The notes under the pieces are model-generated. The model did no database searches. It was not told where the DNA came from and saw only the letters and a program-made list of their open reading frames with translations. This document shows, piece by piece, positions 45,020 through 53,234 of a stretch of 64,000 nucleotides of DNA; the first letter of the stretch is position 1, and every line of letters begins with the position of its first letter. This DNA is from Escherichia phage vB_EcoM_FJ1. The stretch lies in the sequence record MZ170040.1. One strand, written 5' to 3'. The position numbers and the translations under genes are program-made.

Positions 45020-45172
45020 TCAATTAGTTGACTTTGTTATAATATCATCAGACGCTTGATTTGTAAACCGGTCTGTGTTATTTTCTTCAAAAATTTTTTC
45101 TACGAATTCCTTGAACGACTCACGTTCCTGAGCTGCATTATGCTCGATTACCTTTTCAAGATTATGACTCAT
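45020..45172 (-). CDS. hypothetical small protein (asiA.1 position), 50 aa
   Basis: ATG overlaps arn stop (ATGA); below the 60-aa track cut-off. Confidence 0.45.
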   Translation of the reverse strand: MSHNLEKVIEHNAAQERESFKEFVEKIFEENNTDRFTNQASDDIITKSTN

Positions 45173-45447
45173 TCGAAATAATCTTCAATTTCATAATCAT
45201 GGACATAAATCATTATAGTTTTTAATACATCATCAATACTTTTTCCTGGAGCTGGAATTACGTAGAAATATCCTGCTTTTGAGAGGTCTTTATAAGTTCC
45301 AATCAAGAAATCATTATTCTCAAGATGTAGTTCTTCAACTAATTCATTAACAATTGAATGGTATAGGTTTGGTAGAAACTTATATAGCTTTTCTAGAATA
45401 TCAATTTTGATTGTGTATTGAACCACAGACTGAGAATCAATAATCAT
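45169..45447 (-). CDS. arn: Arn anti-restriction protein (McrBC inhibitor) candidate
   Basis: 92 aa as T4 Arn; position between asiA and motA. Confidence 0.7.
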   Translation of the reverse strand: MIIDSQSVVQYTIKIDILEKLYKFLPNLYHSIVNELVEELHLENNDFLIGTYKDLSKAGYFYVIPAPGKSIDDVLKTIMIYVHDYEIEDYFE

Positions 45448-45530
45448 AGACCTTCCCCTTATGTTTCTGTTTGCGATTAGATTCTTTAAACGCTTTCTTC
45501 TTATCCTTATGAACAGAAGCTTTATTAAAA

Positions 45531-45749
45531 TTATGTTTTGCGACTAAATTGTTCATAGTGCTGAATTACCTCTCTTAAACATTTGCATGTGAATGAAAAC
45601 TTTTTAGCTACACCACATTCAAATATATGTTCTCTTAAATCGCGTGTATCAGTATATCCCATCTCAACAATAAAATGCCGTATTAGATTTTTATCTTTAT
45701 CATTGAGAGAGTTAAAATAGTCAGATTTTGAATTAATTTCCCTGGCCAA
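45531..45749 (-). CDS. hypothetical protein
   Basis: 72-aa ORF. Confidence 0.5.
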   Translation of the reverse strand: MAREINSKSDYFNSLNDKDKNLIRHFIVEMGYTDTRDLREHIFECGVAKKFSFTCKCLREVIQHYEQFSRKT

Positions 45750-46029
45750 ATTGAATCACCTTCAGTTGACGTTTTAACTCTTTTATCATTTCTTCGTTCA
45801 TCGCAATATAAAGATCACGTAAAGCAGGTTTTAGCGTTCCATTTATTGGAGAACTAAATGGACATACATAATCTTTTCCTACAAGCTTTTTGGTGAATTC
45901 CATATCGCAGAACTTAAATCCCGGCTCATTGGTATAAATTCCCCAATTAGTTGACATCATTTTATTGGCATATTCTAGTGCCTGGATTTGATTCATAATT
46001 CCATCAATTTGAAACTTTTTAATATTCAT
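45733..46029 (-). CDS. hypothetical protein
   Basis: 98-aa ORF. Confidence 0.55.
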   Translation of the reverse strand: MNIKKFQIDGIMNQIQALEYANKMMSTNWGIYTNEPGFKFCDMEFTKKLVGKDYVCPFSSPINGTLKPALRDLYIAMNEEMIKELKRQLKVIQFGQGN

Positions 46030-46490
46030 TAGTAAAGGTCCTCAGAGTAAAGTTCTTTTTCATTACCACCACGTTCAATACGTACTTGTCCAGCGTAAGT
46101 TGCAATAATCATTGCTTCTTCACGTGTCCAATAATTACTATATTGGTCAATAAACCCTTGGTCATCATTACAAACTTGTTGAGTAACTAATTGAGGTTTA
46201 ACTACATCTAAAACTTCTGCCATATCTTTAGAATAATGACGAGCACCTGGAATAATAAGAGTTCGTCCATCTTTTAATTTAAAACGGTTGGCTGCACAGA
46301 CAATTCGTCGTTGATACTTTTGGTTTTCATCCCAATACACAGTCTGCCAACAGATTTCAGGAACTTCATCTAAAACATTTTGTTCTGTATATTCACCACC
46401 GTAAGAAGCTAATTTAGCAGCCAGACTTTCCGGAGTCTCACGAGATAAAGCTTTATCTAACAGAGCTAAACGTTCTTTAAAAGTTTTCAT
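46029..46490 (-). CDS. hypothetical protein
   Basis: 153-aa ORF. Confidence 0.6.
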   Translation of the reverse strand: MKTFKERLALLDKALSRETPESLAAKLASYGGEYTEQNVLDEVPEICWQTVYWDENQKYQRRIVCAANRFKLKDGRTLIIPGARHYSKDMAEVLDVVKPQLVTQQVCNDDQGFIDQYSNYWTREEAMIIATYAGQVRIERGGNEKELYSEDLY

Positions 46491-46816
46491 TTAAACCATC
46501 CTTTAATACGTTGCCACAAAGTTTTCTGCTGAGCTTTGTTAACACCAATTGAGCGAATAACCGGTTGAGATTCCTGGAATTCTTTATAATCAGCAAGGTA
46601 AATTTCGTAAGCTGCATCTGTAAATGAACTTATCGCTGCCATAAAATTATTGCGAATACCTACTGGAGCATCTTTACTTTCACGAATAATCATGTATTTA
46701 CCAGTCTTAATCTTTACGATAGTTCCAAGATAAGCTCCATGGTACCAAATATCCCAACCCTCTTGAGTAGGTTCTGCGCAACGACGAAGTTCATTAACAA
46801 TTTCTAACTTGTTCAT
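46487..46816 (-). CDS. hypothetical protein
   Basis: 109-aa ORF, ATGA overlap. Confidence 0.55.
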   Translation of the reverse strand: MNKLEIVNELRRCAEPTQEGWDIWYHGAYLGTIVKIKTGKYMIIRESKDAPVGIRNNFMAAISSFTDAAYEIYLADYKEFQESQPVIRSIGVNKAQQKTLWQRIKGWFK

Positions 46817-46826
46817 TATTTATTCC

Positions 46827-47462
46827 TCACAGTTCAGATGCTACAGTGATTACAGCTTCAATGTTTTCTGCCGAGCGTTTAATGTCAAGATACACATTAC
46901 CGTTTTTAGCGATTTTACATGACATTCCGATATCAGTAAATTTCTGAATATGATGTTCCATCATTTTGTATCCAAAAATTCGCATATTTCCATTGTTGTT
47001 AATTTCAAAATTACGAATTCCGTGAGTGCGTTTTTCTAAAATGGCAAGATAATTACTACGATAAGTTTCAACCTTTTTAAGAACAAATCCATTTTCATCT
47101 AAAAGTTTTAACATGAGGTCTTTATCTTCTTCCATATCAGAAGTAATCTCACGAGCTTTACGAGTTGCTCGTTTTTTCAGCAGTTCTGGAGCATTTTCTT
47201 GTGCGTATAAAGTTGCTGCATTTGAAATAATATCCTGAGCTTCACCAGTAATGATTAATCCATCACCAGATTTCTCCACCAGGCCTTTTTTAATCAATAC
47301 CCCAATATTACTATTAACTACTGCGTTACCTAAATCTGGATGCACCTCACGAACTTCTGCAGCTGTAATGAAATCTTTCTTAGCAATGGTAATTAAAATC
47401 GCAGCAGTTTTTTCATTCAGAACATCGTTAGAAGCTTTGATGATGTAAGTTACTTTAGACAT
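46827..47462 (-). CDS. motA: middle-transcription activator MotA
   Basis: 211 aa as T4 MotA. Confidence 0.9.
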   Translation of the reverse strand: MSKVTYIIKASNDVLNEKTAAILITIAKKDFITAAEVREVHPDLGNAVVNSNIGVLIKKGLVEKSGDGLIITGEAQDIISNAATLYAQENAPELLKKRATRKAREITSDMEEDKDLMLKLLDENGFVLKKVETYRSNYLAILEKRTHGIRNFEINNNGNMRIFGYKMMEHHIQKFTDIGMSCKIAKNGNVYLDIKRSAENIEAVITVASEL

Positions 47463-47524
47463 TTTCTAATCTCCGTAATTCTGTATCAGTAGTTGATAGT
47501 TGTATAGTACCACAGTATGCTTTG

Positions 47525-47565
47525 GTTGTAAACCGTTTTGTGAAAAAATTTTTGAAATAAAAAAA
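47525..47565 (-). promoter_or_regulatory. early promoter cassette upstream of motA, member of a repeat family
   Basis: Near-identical to 29585-29623. Confidence 0.6.
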
Positions 47566-47566
47566 G

Positions 47567-47584
47567 GGGAGCCGAAGCTCCCCA
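47567..47584 (-). terminator. intrinsic terminator hairpin
   Basis: GGGGAGC-TTCG-GCTCCCC followed by T-run on minus strand. Confidence 0.7.
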
Positions 47585-47588
47585 AAAA

Positions 47589-47735
47589 TTACTGTTCAAA
47601 CGCGATAACTATCGTGATAACACGCTGAATACCAAAAGCAAGAAGACCTCCTGCTACGGCTGGAACAACACCTACCCCCGCTAGTAAAATGCCGCCAGAT
47701 ACTAATGCTGCGCTTGTAATACCTACGAATGGGAC
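47589..47735 (-). CDS. candidate transmembrane peptide frame in-frame after the gene 52 stop, no canonical start
   Basis: 48 sense codons VPFVGITSAALVSGGILLAGVGVVPAVAGGLLAFGIQRVITIVIAFEQ immediately after gp52 TGA; good codon usage; ends 4 nt before terminator hairpin. Confidence 0.35.
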   Translation of the reverse strand, partial: VPFVGITSAALVSGGILLAGVGVVPAVAGGLLAFGIQRVITIVIAFEQ

Positions 47736-49064
47736 TCATTTGATTTCCTCTAAATCTTTGGTGTATTCTGTAACTACATCAGTAGTTTTCCAATATTCGT
47801 TTTCTTCTTTCTTAGCTTTAGCTTCTTCAGCAAGTTTCTTTGCTTCGTCGGAAGTCATATGAAAAATATTCATTCCGACTAGTTTATCAACATAAGAAGA
47901 ATACATATCGATTTTCGAAAGTTCTTCGGTCAGTTCTTTACGAGTTTTACCCTGCACAACGATTTCACCTGAAATTACTTTCTTAATGAAATGCGCCTTG
48001 GCAAAGGCTAAACGAAAAGCTGATTCAGTTTCTTTAATTTTGTTATCAATTCGTTTTTGAACATAAGTTTTACGAACTTCAACAAAGTCTTTAATTAAAT
48101 CAACTACGTTATCGTAAACTTGTAGTTTTCCTTTCTCATTAATAACCGTAATATTCTGAGAACGACGCTCAATCAACCCGAAGTCTTTCATGATTTTTGC
48201 ATGGCGTTCTTCTTCATTATCACTCAAAGAGTATTCTTTGCGGAATTTAATTTTAAAGCCAAAACCATGCTCACCACAAGCATCATCCCATGTAATGAAG
48301 CCTTTATCTTCAAGCGGGTCTAAGATTTTACTCACGTAAGTTTCACGATCATACTTATACGGAATCTCAGTGATATTCATTTGAGTTCGTGAAGTAAACT
48401 TGTACGTTCCACGAATTTCATATTGACCGTCAATTTCAACGACTTCACCGCGAAATTCTGGGAATTCTACCTTCGGTTTAGTTACTTTCTTTCCTTGAAG
48501 AGCTTGTAGTACAGCTTTCTTGACAGAAGAAACACTATGAGGAAGAATGTAAGTTGCATAACCAGTTGCAATACCGGAAACACCATTAAGAAGAACAGTA
48601 GGAATAATAGGCAAATAGAAAGCAGGCGGAATGTGTTCTTTATCTTGATGTACTGGAGCATATTCAGTATCTTTATACACGTTATAGAAATTTTTACTTA
48701 CACGAGCAAAAATATAACGACTTGCCGCTGCCTTTTGGACAGTACGAGAACCAAAGTTTCCTTGACCATCTAACAGAGGAAAGTTATTATTCCAAGTGTT
48801 AGCCATCAAAGCGCCCGCATCTTGTGCAGAGTTTTCGCCATGGTGATATCCAAGGTCCGCTACACCACCTGCAATAGAAGCAAGTTTGTGAAACTTATCT
48901 TTATTTCCTCGTGCTAAATCAAGGGCTCGAGCAATAACAAATCGTTGAACTGGCTTAAATCCATCAATCATATTTGGAATAGCACGATTTTCAACCGTGT
49001 ACATAGCATAAGCCAATGCTTCATTATCAATGATACTTTTTAAATCACGATTATTCAGTTGCAT
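47736..49064 (-). CDS. 52: DNA topoisomerase II medium subunit gp52
   Basis: 442 aa as T4 gp52; GyrA-like. Confidence 0.95.
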   Translation of the reverse strand: MQLNNRDLKSIIDNEALAYAMYTVENRAIPNMIDGFKPVQRFVIARALDLARGNKDKFHKLASIAGGVADLGYHHGENSAQDAGALMANTWNNNFPLLDGQGNFGSRTVQKAAASRYIFARVSKNFYNVYKDTEYAPVHQDKEHIPPAFYLPIIPTVLLNGVSGIATGYATYILPHSVSSVKKAVLQALQGKKVTKPKVEFPEFRGEVVEIDGQYEIRGTYKFTSRTQMNITEIPYKYDRETYVSKILDPLEDKGFITWDDACGEHGFGFKIKFRKEYSLSDNEEERHAKIMKDFGLIERRSQNITVINEKGKLQVYDNVVDLIKDFVEVRKTYVQKRIDNKIKETESAFRLAFAKAHFIKKVISGEIVVQGKTRKELTEELSKIDMYSSYVDKLVGMNIFHMTSDEAKKLAEEAKAKKEENEYWKTTDVVTEYTKDLEEIK

Positions 49065-49068
49065 AAAT

Positions 49069-49209
49069 TTACCATACTAGTGAATGTAGTGCCATAATAA
49101 CATCAGAAATGAAAAGCACGACTTGAATTAATCCGAACATTACTCCATAATATAGTGCTACCAATAAAGTAGCAAGGGCTAATGAATAGCCCAAGATTTT
49201 CTTAATCAT
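49069..49209 (-). CDS. small membrane peptide (52.1 position), 46 aa
   Basis: MIKKILGYSLALATLLVALYYGVMFGLIQVVLFISDVIMALHSLVW; hydrophobic. Confidence 0.45.
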   Translation of the reverse strand: MIKKILGYSLALATLLVALYYGVMFGLIQVVLFISDVIMALHSLVW

Positions 49210-49360
49210 TAGTAGATAACAACACAAATGTTAAATATGCACACATACCCTGGGCTAAAGCTTGTGAAAACACACTGCTAGCATCGATACAGATAGTTAA
49301 AACACATGCTACTATCCAACAAATAAATGAAATAACTCCTAATAATTTTGCAATATTCAT
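49202..49360 (-). CDS. ac: small membrane protein at the ac (acriflavine sensitivity) position, 52 aa
   Basis: Hydrophobic 52-aa ORF with TGAGGA SD; position between 52 and stp. Confidence 0.5.
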   Translation of the reverse strand: MNIAKLLGVISFICWIVACVLTICIDASSVFSQALAQGMCAYLTFVLLSTND

Positions 49361-49367
49361 ATTTTCC

Positions 49368-49448
49368 TCACTGGCGTCCGAAGACGCCTTTAGTTTTAAG
49401 ATTGTTACGATAGAACTGCATCACGTGTTCGTTATGGAAATTACTCAT
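49368..49448 (-). CDS. stp: Stp peptide (activator of host PrrC anticodon nuclease / EcoprrI inhibitor)
   Basis: Translation [26 protein letters not shown], matching the 26-aa T4 Stp as recalled from memory (not database-checked); ATG overlaps ndd stop. Confidence 0.85.
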
Positions 49449-49906
49449 TAATATGCCTGCAAAACAAATTTAAAGTTATCAGCCAACATACGGTTCATTT
49501 CTTCAAGTGTTTGATACTCAGAATGATGATTACGAGTAAACGCTAAAGCTAACTGACCCTTTCCAAATCCCGTCGTCAGAGGTTTCATCTTAGAAGCAGG
49601 CAAATAAAATACCGTGTATGGAACATTGTTATTTGCAATAGTACGCGCAAGCTGAGACCGACGTTGACGAATATGACTTAAAACCGCACTGAATCCTTGC
49701 TTAGAACGCTGATTACCTACATAAAATCGTGCAGACACACATGGATTACTAAATGGACGACCATCTAATTTACTTACTAAAAAGTAAAATCCAGGTTTAG
49801 ATAAAATATCTTTATGTGGAACTCCCAAAAACCATTCACCGTTCTTGATTGTACCAATAACAGTAGCGCCTGCGTTGTTCAGATCAGTAACAGTCATATA
49901 TTTCAT
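49448..49906 (-). CDS. ndd: nucleoid disruption protein Ndd
   Basis: 152 aa from ATG 49906 (MKYMTVTDL...); track ORF has a 16-codon upstream extension. Confidence 0.8.
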
Positions 49907-49966
49907 ATTAATTTCCTCTAAATTATTTTCTACTCCAAGGCCGCATGAATACACGCGGCCATTAAA

Positions 49967-50182
49967 TTAATCGTCGCAGTCGACGCTCAATTCCCAAAAC
50001 TCTTCTACGGTATAAGTTTCAGTATCATTTTCAATACAGAAACGTTCATTACTGTTATTTGCTAAAGTAGCGTTAACTGTCATTTTCTCGCTGGTGCTCT
50101 TAAGAGGTGAAATACGAATTAACTGATCACCACTATCCAAGCAAAAAATTTCACCAACTTTTACATCTTTAAAACTTTTCAT
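49967..50182 (-). CDS. hypothetical protein (ndd.1 position)
   Basis: 71-aa ORF with GGTG SD. Confidence 0.55.
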   Translation of the reverse strand: MKSFKDVKVGEIFCLDSGDQLIRISPLKSTSEKMTVNATLANNSNERFCIENDTETYTVEEFWELSVDCDD

Positions 50183-50190
50183 AATTCACC

Positions 50191-50298
50191 TCAAGGAGTA
50201 TAAAATCCAAATGCAGTTGTTGACCATCCCATCCAATATGGAAAATTTGCGCCAATGTAAAACATAAGAATATAAAACCAAATGTTTAGTAAATTCAT
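50191..50298 (-). CDS. small membrane peptide, 35 aa
   Basis: MNLLNIWFYILMFYIGANFPYWMGWSTTAFGFYTP; ATGA overlap with upstream gene. Confidence 0.45.
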   Translation of the reverse strand: MNLLNIWFYILMFYIGANFPYWMGWSTTAFGFYTP

Positions 50299-50495
50299 CA
50301 TTTTACACCATTCCAAATTGTTTCAACCACAGATTTTAAACCATTTTGATGAATGTCCATTCCGACTACCGCCATCAAATAGATTCCAACTACAACTGAA
50401 CCTAAGGCAAAAATCAGCATGAAAATGAATAAAGCCGGAAAAATATTATCGAAAAACCATTCAATAAATGTAAAAGCACTGCGTTTACGCTTCAT
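50298..50495 (-). CDS. small membrane protein, 65 aa
   Basis: Track ORF starts at an upstream TTG; likely ATG 50495 (MKRKRSAF...) with GAGGAAAAT SD; one TM helix. Confidence 0.55.
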   Translation of the reverse strand: MKRKRSAFTFIEWFFDNIFPALFIFMLIFALGSVVVGIYLMAVVGMDIHQNGLKSVVETIWNGVK

Positions 50496-50502
50496 ATTTT
50501 CC

Positions 50503-50616
50503 TCACATAAATCCAAAGTAAGCGTTTAATACATCAATCATTAAAACGATTGGGAATATACTCAAAACTACTAGTATTATAACTACATTCCATATAGCTT
50601 TAACAATCTTTTTCAT
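50503..50616 (-). CDS. small membrane peptide, 37 aa
   Basis: MKKIVKAIWNVVIILVVLSIFPIVLMIDVLNAYFGFM; GGAGGAACA SD and early promoter upstream; track ORF is an upstream extension. Confidence 0.5.
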   Translation of the reverse strand: MKKIVKAIWNVVIILVVLSIFPIVLMIDVLNAYFGFM

Positions 50617-50681
50617 TTTCTGTTCCTCCGTAGTTGATAGGGTAATAATACCACAGAGGAACAGTCTTGTAAACAACTTTT

Positions 50682-50780
50682 TTAAAAATATTCGTAATAA
50701 ATGTGAATACCAACTACTACCGCTGAAACTTGTGCAACCCACCACGCACAAGCAATAAGTACAGAATTCAAAATTTTCAT
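50682..50780 (-). CDS. small membrane peptide, 32 aa
   Basis: MKILNSVLIACAWWVAQVSAVVVGIHIYYEYF; ATGA overlap. Confidence 0.4.
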   Translation of the reverse strand: MKILNSVLIACAWWVAQVSAVVVGIHIYYEYF

Positions 50781-50863
50781 AATAACCTCATCACAAAAGT
50801 AAATGTTAAACAAATTAATGGAATACTAATTAACCAAACAAAACACCACCATAATGAACTCAT
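50777..50863 (-). CDS. small membrane peptide, 28 aa
   Basis: MSSLWWCFVWLISIPLICLTFTFVMRLL; ATGA overlap with upstream ORF. Confidence 0.4.
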   Translation of the reverse strand: MSSLWWCFVWLISIPLICLTFTFVMRLL

Positions 50864-51123
50864 AGTTCAATCTCAATGATTTCAAGATTATTTTCTTTAA
50901 TAGCTTTCTTTAAATCATCGTAAATAAGAACTTCCCAAGAATTGTTTAAATCACCATTCAACAAACGCTCTTGTTGCAATTTATCAGTAAGATATGGTTG
51001 ATCTGATTCATATTTAGACAATCCCAATGAAATAAATGATGTTGCATCATCAATTTCAGAATATTGTACATAAACAAATTCACCTGTGATTTTATGTTTA
51101 ACATAAAAGAATTTAAATTTCAT
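50860..51123 (-). CDS. hypothetical protein
   Basis: 87-aa ORF; promoter cassette upstream at about 51130-51190. Confidence 0.55.
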   Translation of the reverse strand: MKFKFFYVKHKITGEFVYVQYSEIDDATSFISLGLSKYESDQPYLTDKLQQERLLNGDLNNSWEVLIYDDLKKAIKENNLEIIEIEL

Positions 51124-51199
51124 TTTTGTTCCTCCGTAGTTGATAGGGTAATAGTACCACGGTCCTTGTGGTATGTAAACCGTTTTGTGAAAAATTTTT

Positions 51200-51757
51200 T
51201 TAAATGGAAAGATACCATCCGTTGTAGTTGCTTTTTCTTACAACTTTACGAAGGTCTTCTCTGTCACCGATGAACTTCGGAGTGTACTGGATGACACCTG
51301 GATGAATTTCTTTAGTGTTGAATATAATTATACAGTCAGCGACCTGATGATTCAGAATGGGCCCTAGATTTATTCCAGAACCATATGGATACTCTCCGCT
51401 GCATCCTGTTGTAACCGAAATCCAACGTGAGTCAGTTTGATGTGTCTTAACTTCTACACGAAGCCCACAGTATTTTGGATGCGCCAATACATCCCATGCA
51501 TATGTGTACGGATCATCGACATCTTCTTGACCTTTGTTAACATACCCGCTTAGCCAATCTGCTACAAAAAATTCTGCGTACACAGCGATACGACATCTTT
51601 CAATAACTTCTGCTTTATCCTGGTTCGGGTTTTGTTTTAAAGAGTATCTTGCTGTATCAGCAATTTTGACCTTCATTTCACTAGTCAAGTCACTGTTCGA
51701 TAGGGTAAATGTCGGAATCTGAAATAGTCTCTGTAAACCCGGATTCGTTTTCTGCAT
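51200..51757 (-). CDS. denB: endonuclease IV
   Basis: 185 aa as T4 DenB; position before rIIB. Confidence 0.8.
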   Translation of the reverse strand: MQKTNPGLQRLFQIPTFTLSNSDLTSEMKVKIADTARYSLKQNPNQDKAEVIERCRIAVYAEFFVADWLSGYVNKGQEDVDDPYTYAWDVLAHPKYCGLRVEVKTHQTDSRWISVTTGCSGEYPYGSGINLGPILNHQVADCIIIFNTKEIHPGVIQYTPKFIGDREDLRKVVRKSNYNGWYLSI

Positions 51758-52019
51758 TTAGACTTTCCTTTTTACCACTGAGATAGGCGTTATATACTTT
51801 AAGAGTGCCGTAATAAATTCGGTCATTTTCATCTAAAGACTCGCGGTCAAGTTCATCGAGCTCCTTTTTATCCATGACTATAACATTATTACAGTAAAGA
51901 AACCCAAGTTTTTCGTGACCAAACTCAAATTTATTACAGTACACAATATTAGCGTGATGATTTCCGTGTAGTTTAATCTCTTTTATGTCGGAATCACCGA
52001 TATTCATACAATAAATCAT
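51690..52019 (-). CDS. hypothetical protein (denB.1 position)
   Basis: 109-aa ORF overlapping denB 5' end in another frame. Confidence 0.5.
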   Translation of the reverse strand: MIYCMNIGDSDIKEIKLHGNHHANIVYCNKFEFGHEKLGFLYCNNVIVMDKKELDELDRESLDENDRIYYGTLKVYNAYLSGKKESLNAENESGFTETISDSDIYPIEQ

Positions 52020-52057
52020 AATTTTTCCTTAAAACAAAAGGGCCGAAGCCCTTTATT

Positions 52058-52279
52058 TTACTTGAATTGTGCAATTCTTTTCTCTAAACAATCTGCGTAA
52101 GATTTCATTGAGATAAACTGTGAAAGCAGCAGTTCTTGCTCAACTGCACTAACTGTTAAAAACTTTGCGCTTTCTAAAAATTTGCTCAGTGCATTAATTT
52201 TGAGCATTAATTGATCGTATTCTTCTTTTACTCGTGCTTGATAACCTAACATAATTTTCCTTAATGCGATAAGGGCCAA
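52058..52279 (-). CDS. hypothetical protein
   Basis: 73-aa ORF flanked by GGGCCGAAGCCC-type hairpins. Confidence 0.55.
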   Translation of the reverse strand: MALIALRKIMLGYQARVKEEYDQLMLKINALSKFLESAKFLTVSAVEQELLLSQFISMKSYADCLEKRIAQFK

Positions 52280-52284
52280 AGCCC

Positions 52285-53223
52285 TTATTTAAATTGTTCA
52301 GTAACGTCTTCAACTACTTCGTATTGGCAGGTACGCATTTTAGCGTCGTTGTAATCAATCGGAATTGATACTACATCGCGAGGATGTACTTTAACTTTTA
52401 CAACTCGGCTGGTTGAACTACCAAAGTGACGAATATAAGATTTAGAACACACATGCAGACCACGAGAACAAGTTTGTGTATCATCGTCGTTCACACGAGT
52501 ACGTGGCATTTTAACTACTTTACCCGGACTGTTATCAAAGGTATTTGAGTGACAGTCAAAGTAATTGCTACGAACTACTTTCCAAGCATAGAAGTAACCA
52601 TCTTCTGTAATTTCAATATCGTTTGCTACCAAGAAATCAAAGAGTCGAGATACCGCTTTTTGGTTTGGGTTTTCCAACAGATTTTCCAAGAACGGAAAAT
52701 AAAATTCAAAGTTTTCGCCTTTTTCCATCGAGTCAAGAATACGACCAACCAAACCAGACCGCAATTCAATATTTTGATAGAACAAGCTTCCACCTTCAAT
52801 TCGAACATCGCCGGAAATATATTTTTCAACAGCGCGACGAACATTAATTTTTTGTGCCGCTTCTTCTAACTTATCCGCTACAAGCAGATTAAGAATTTCC
52901 TGGAAGTTTGAATGAGTATTAGGAGTTGCGTTATAAGTTACACCGTCAACAGTAATTGAAATGAATTTTTTAGATGCATTCCAAATAATATCAGATTTAG
53001 CAACCGGAGCAATAACTGCATCGCTATTAACTTTAACTGTAATATCACCTCTAATAGTAACTTTAGGGCGTTTAGCTTCTTCAGCATTTTTCAAAACACG
53101 ACGGATTGTGTCAACCGATACATCCTTCCAATAAGCCAATTCCTGTTGAGTGTAATTACCGCTTGAATACAGTTTAACAATTTCAGCTTGTTCGTTTTTG
53201 GTCAGGCATTTAATATTGTACAT
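52285..53223 (-). CDS. rIIB: rIIB protector-from-prophage-exclusion protein
   Basis: 312 aa as T4 rIIB. Confidence 0.95.
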   Translation of the reverse strand: MYNIKCLTKNEQAEIVKLYSSGNYTQQELAYWKDVSVDTIRRVLKNAEEAKRPKVTIRGDITVKVNSDAVIAPVAKSDIIWNASKKFISITVDGVTYNATPNTHSNFQEILNLLVADKLEEAAQKINVRRAVEKYISGDVRIEGGSLFYQNIELRSGLVGRILDSMEKGENFEFYFPFLENLLENPNQKAVSRLFDFLVANDIEITEDGYFYAWKVVRSNYFDCHSNTFDNSPGKVVKMPRTRVNDDDTQTCSRGLHVCSKSYIRHFGSSTSRVVKVKVHPRDVVSIPIDYNDAKMRTCQYEVVEDVTEQFK

Positions 53224-53234
53224 AATTTTCCTTA

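Noticed and set aside
47736-47738. ATG-initiated 47-aa frame overlapping the gene 52 stop (MSPIRRYYKRSISIW...)
   Set aside because: Its Arg/Ser/Cys-rich composition and rare AGG/CGG codons suggest it is the shadow of the in-frame TM-peptide frame, although it cannot be fully excluded
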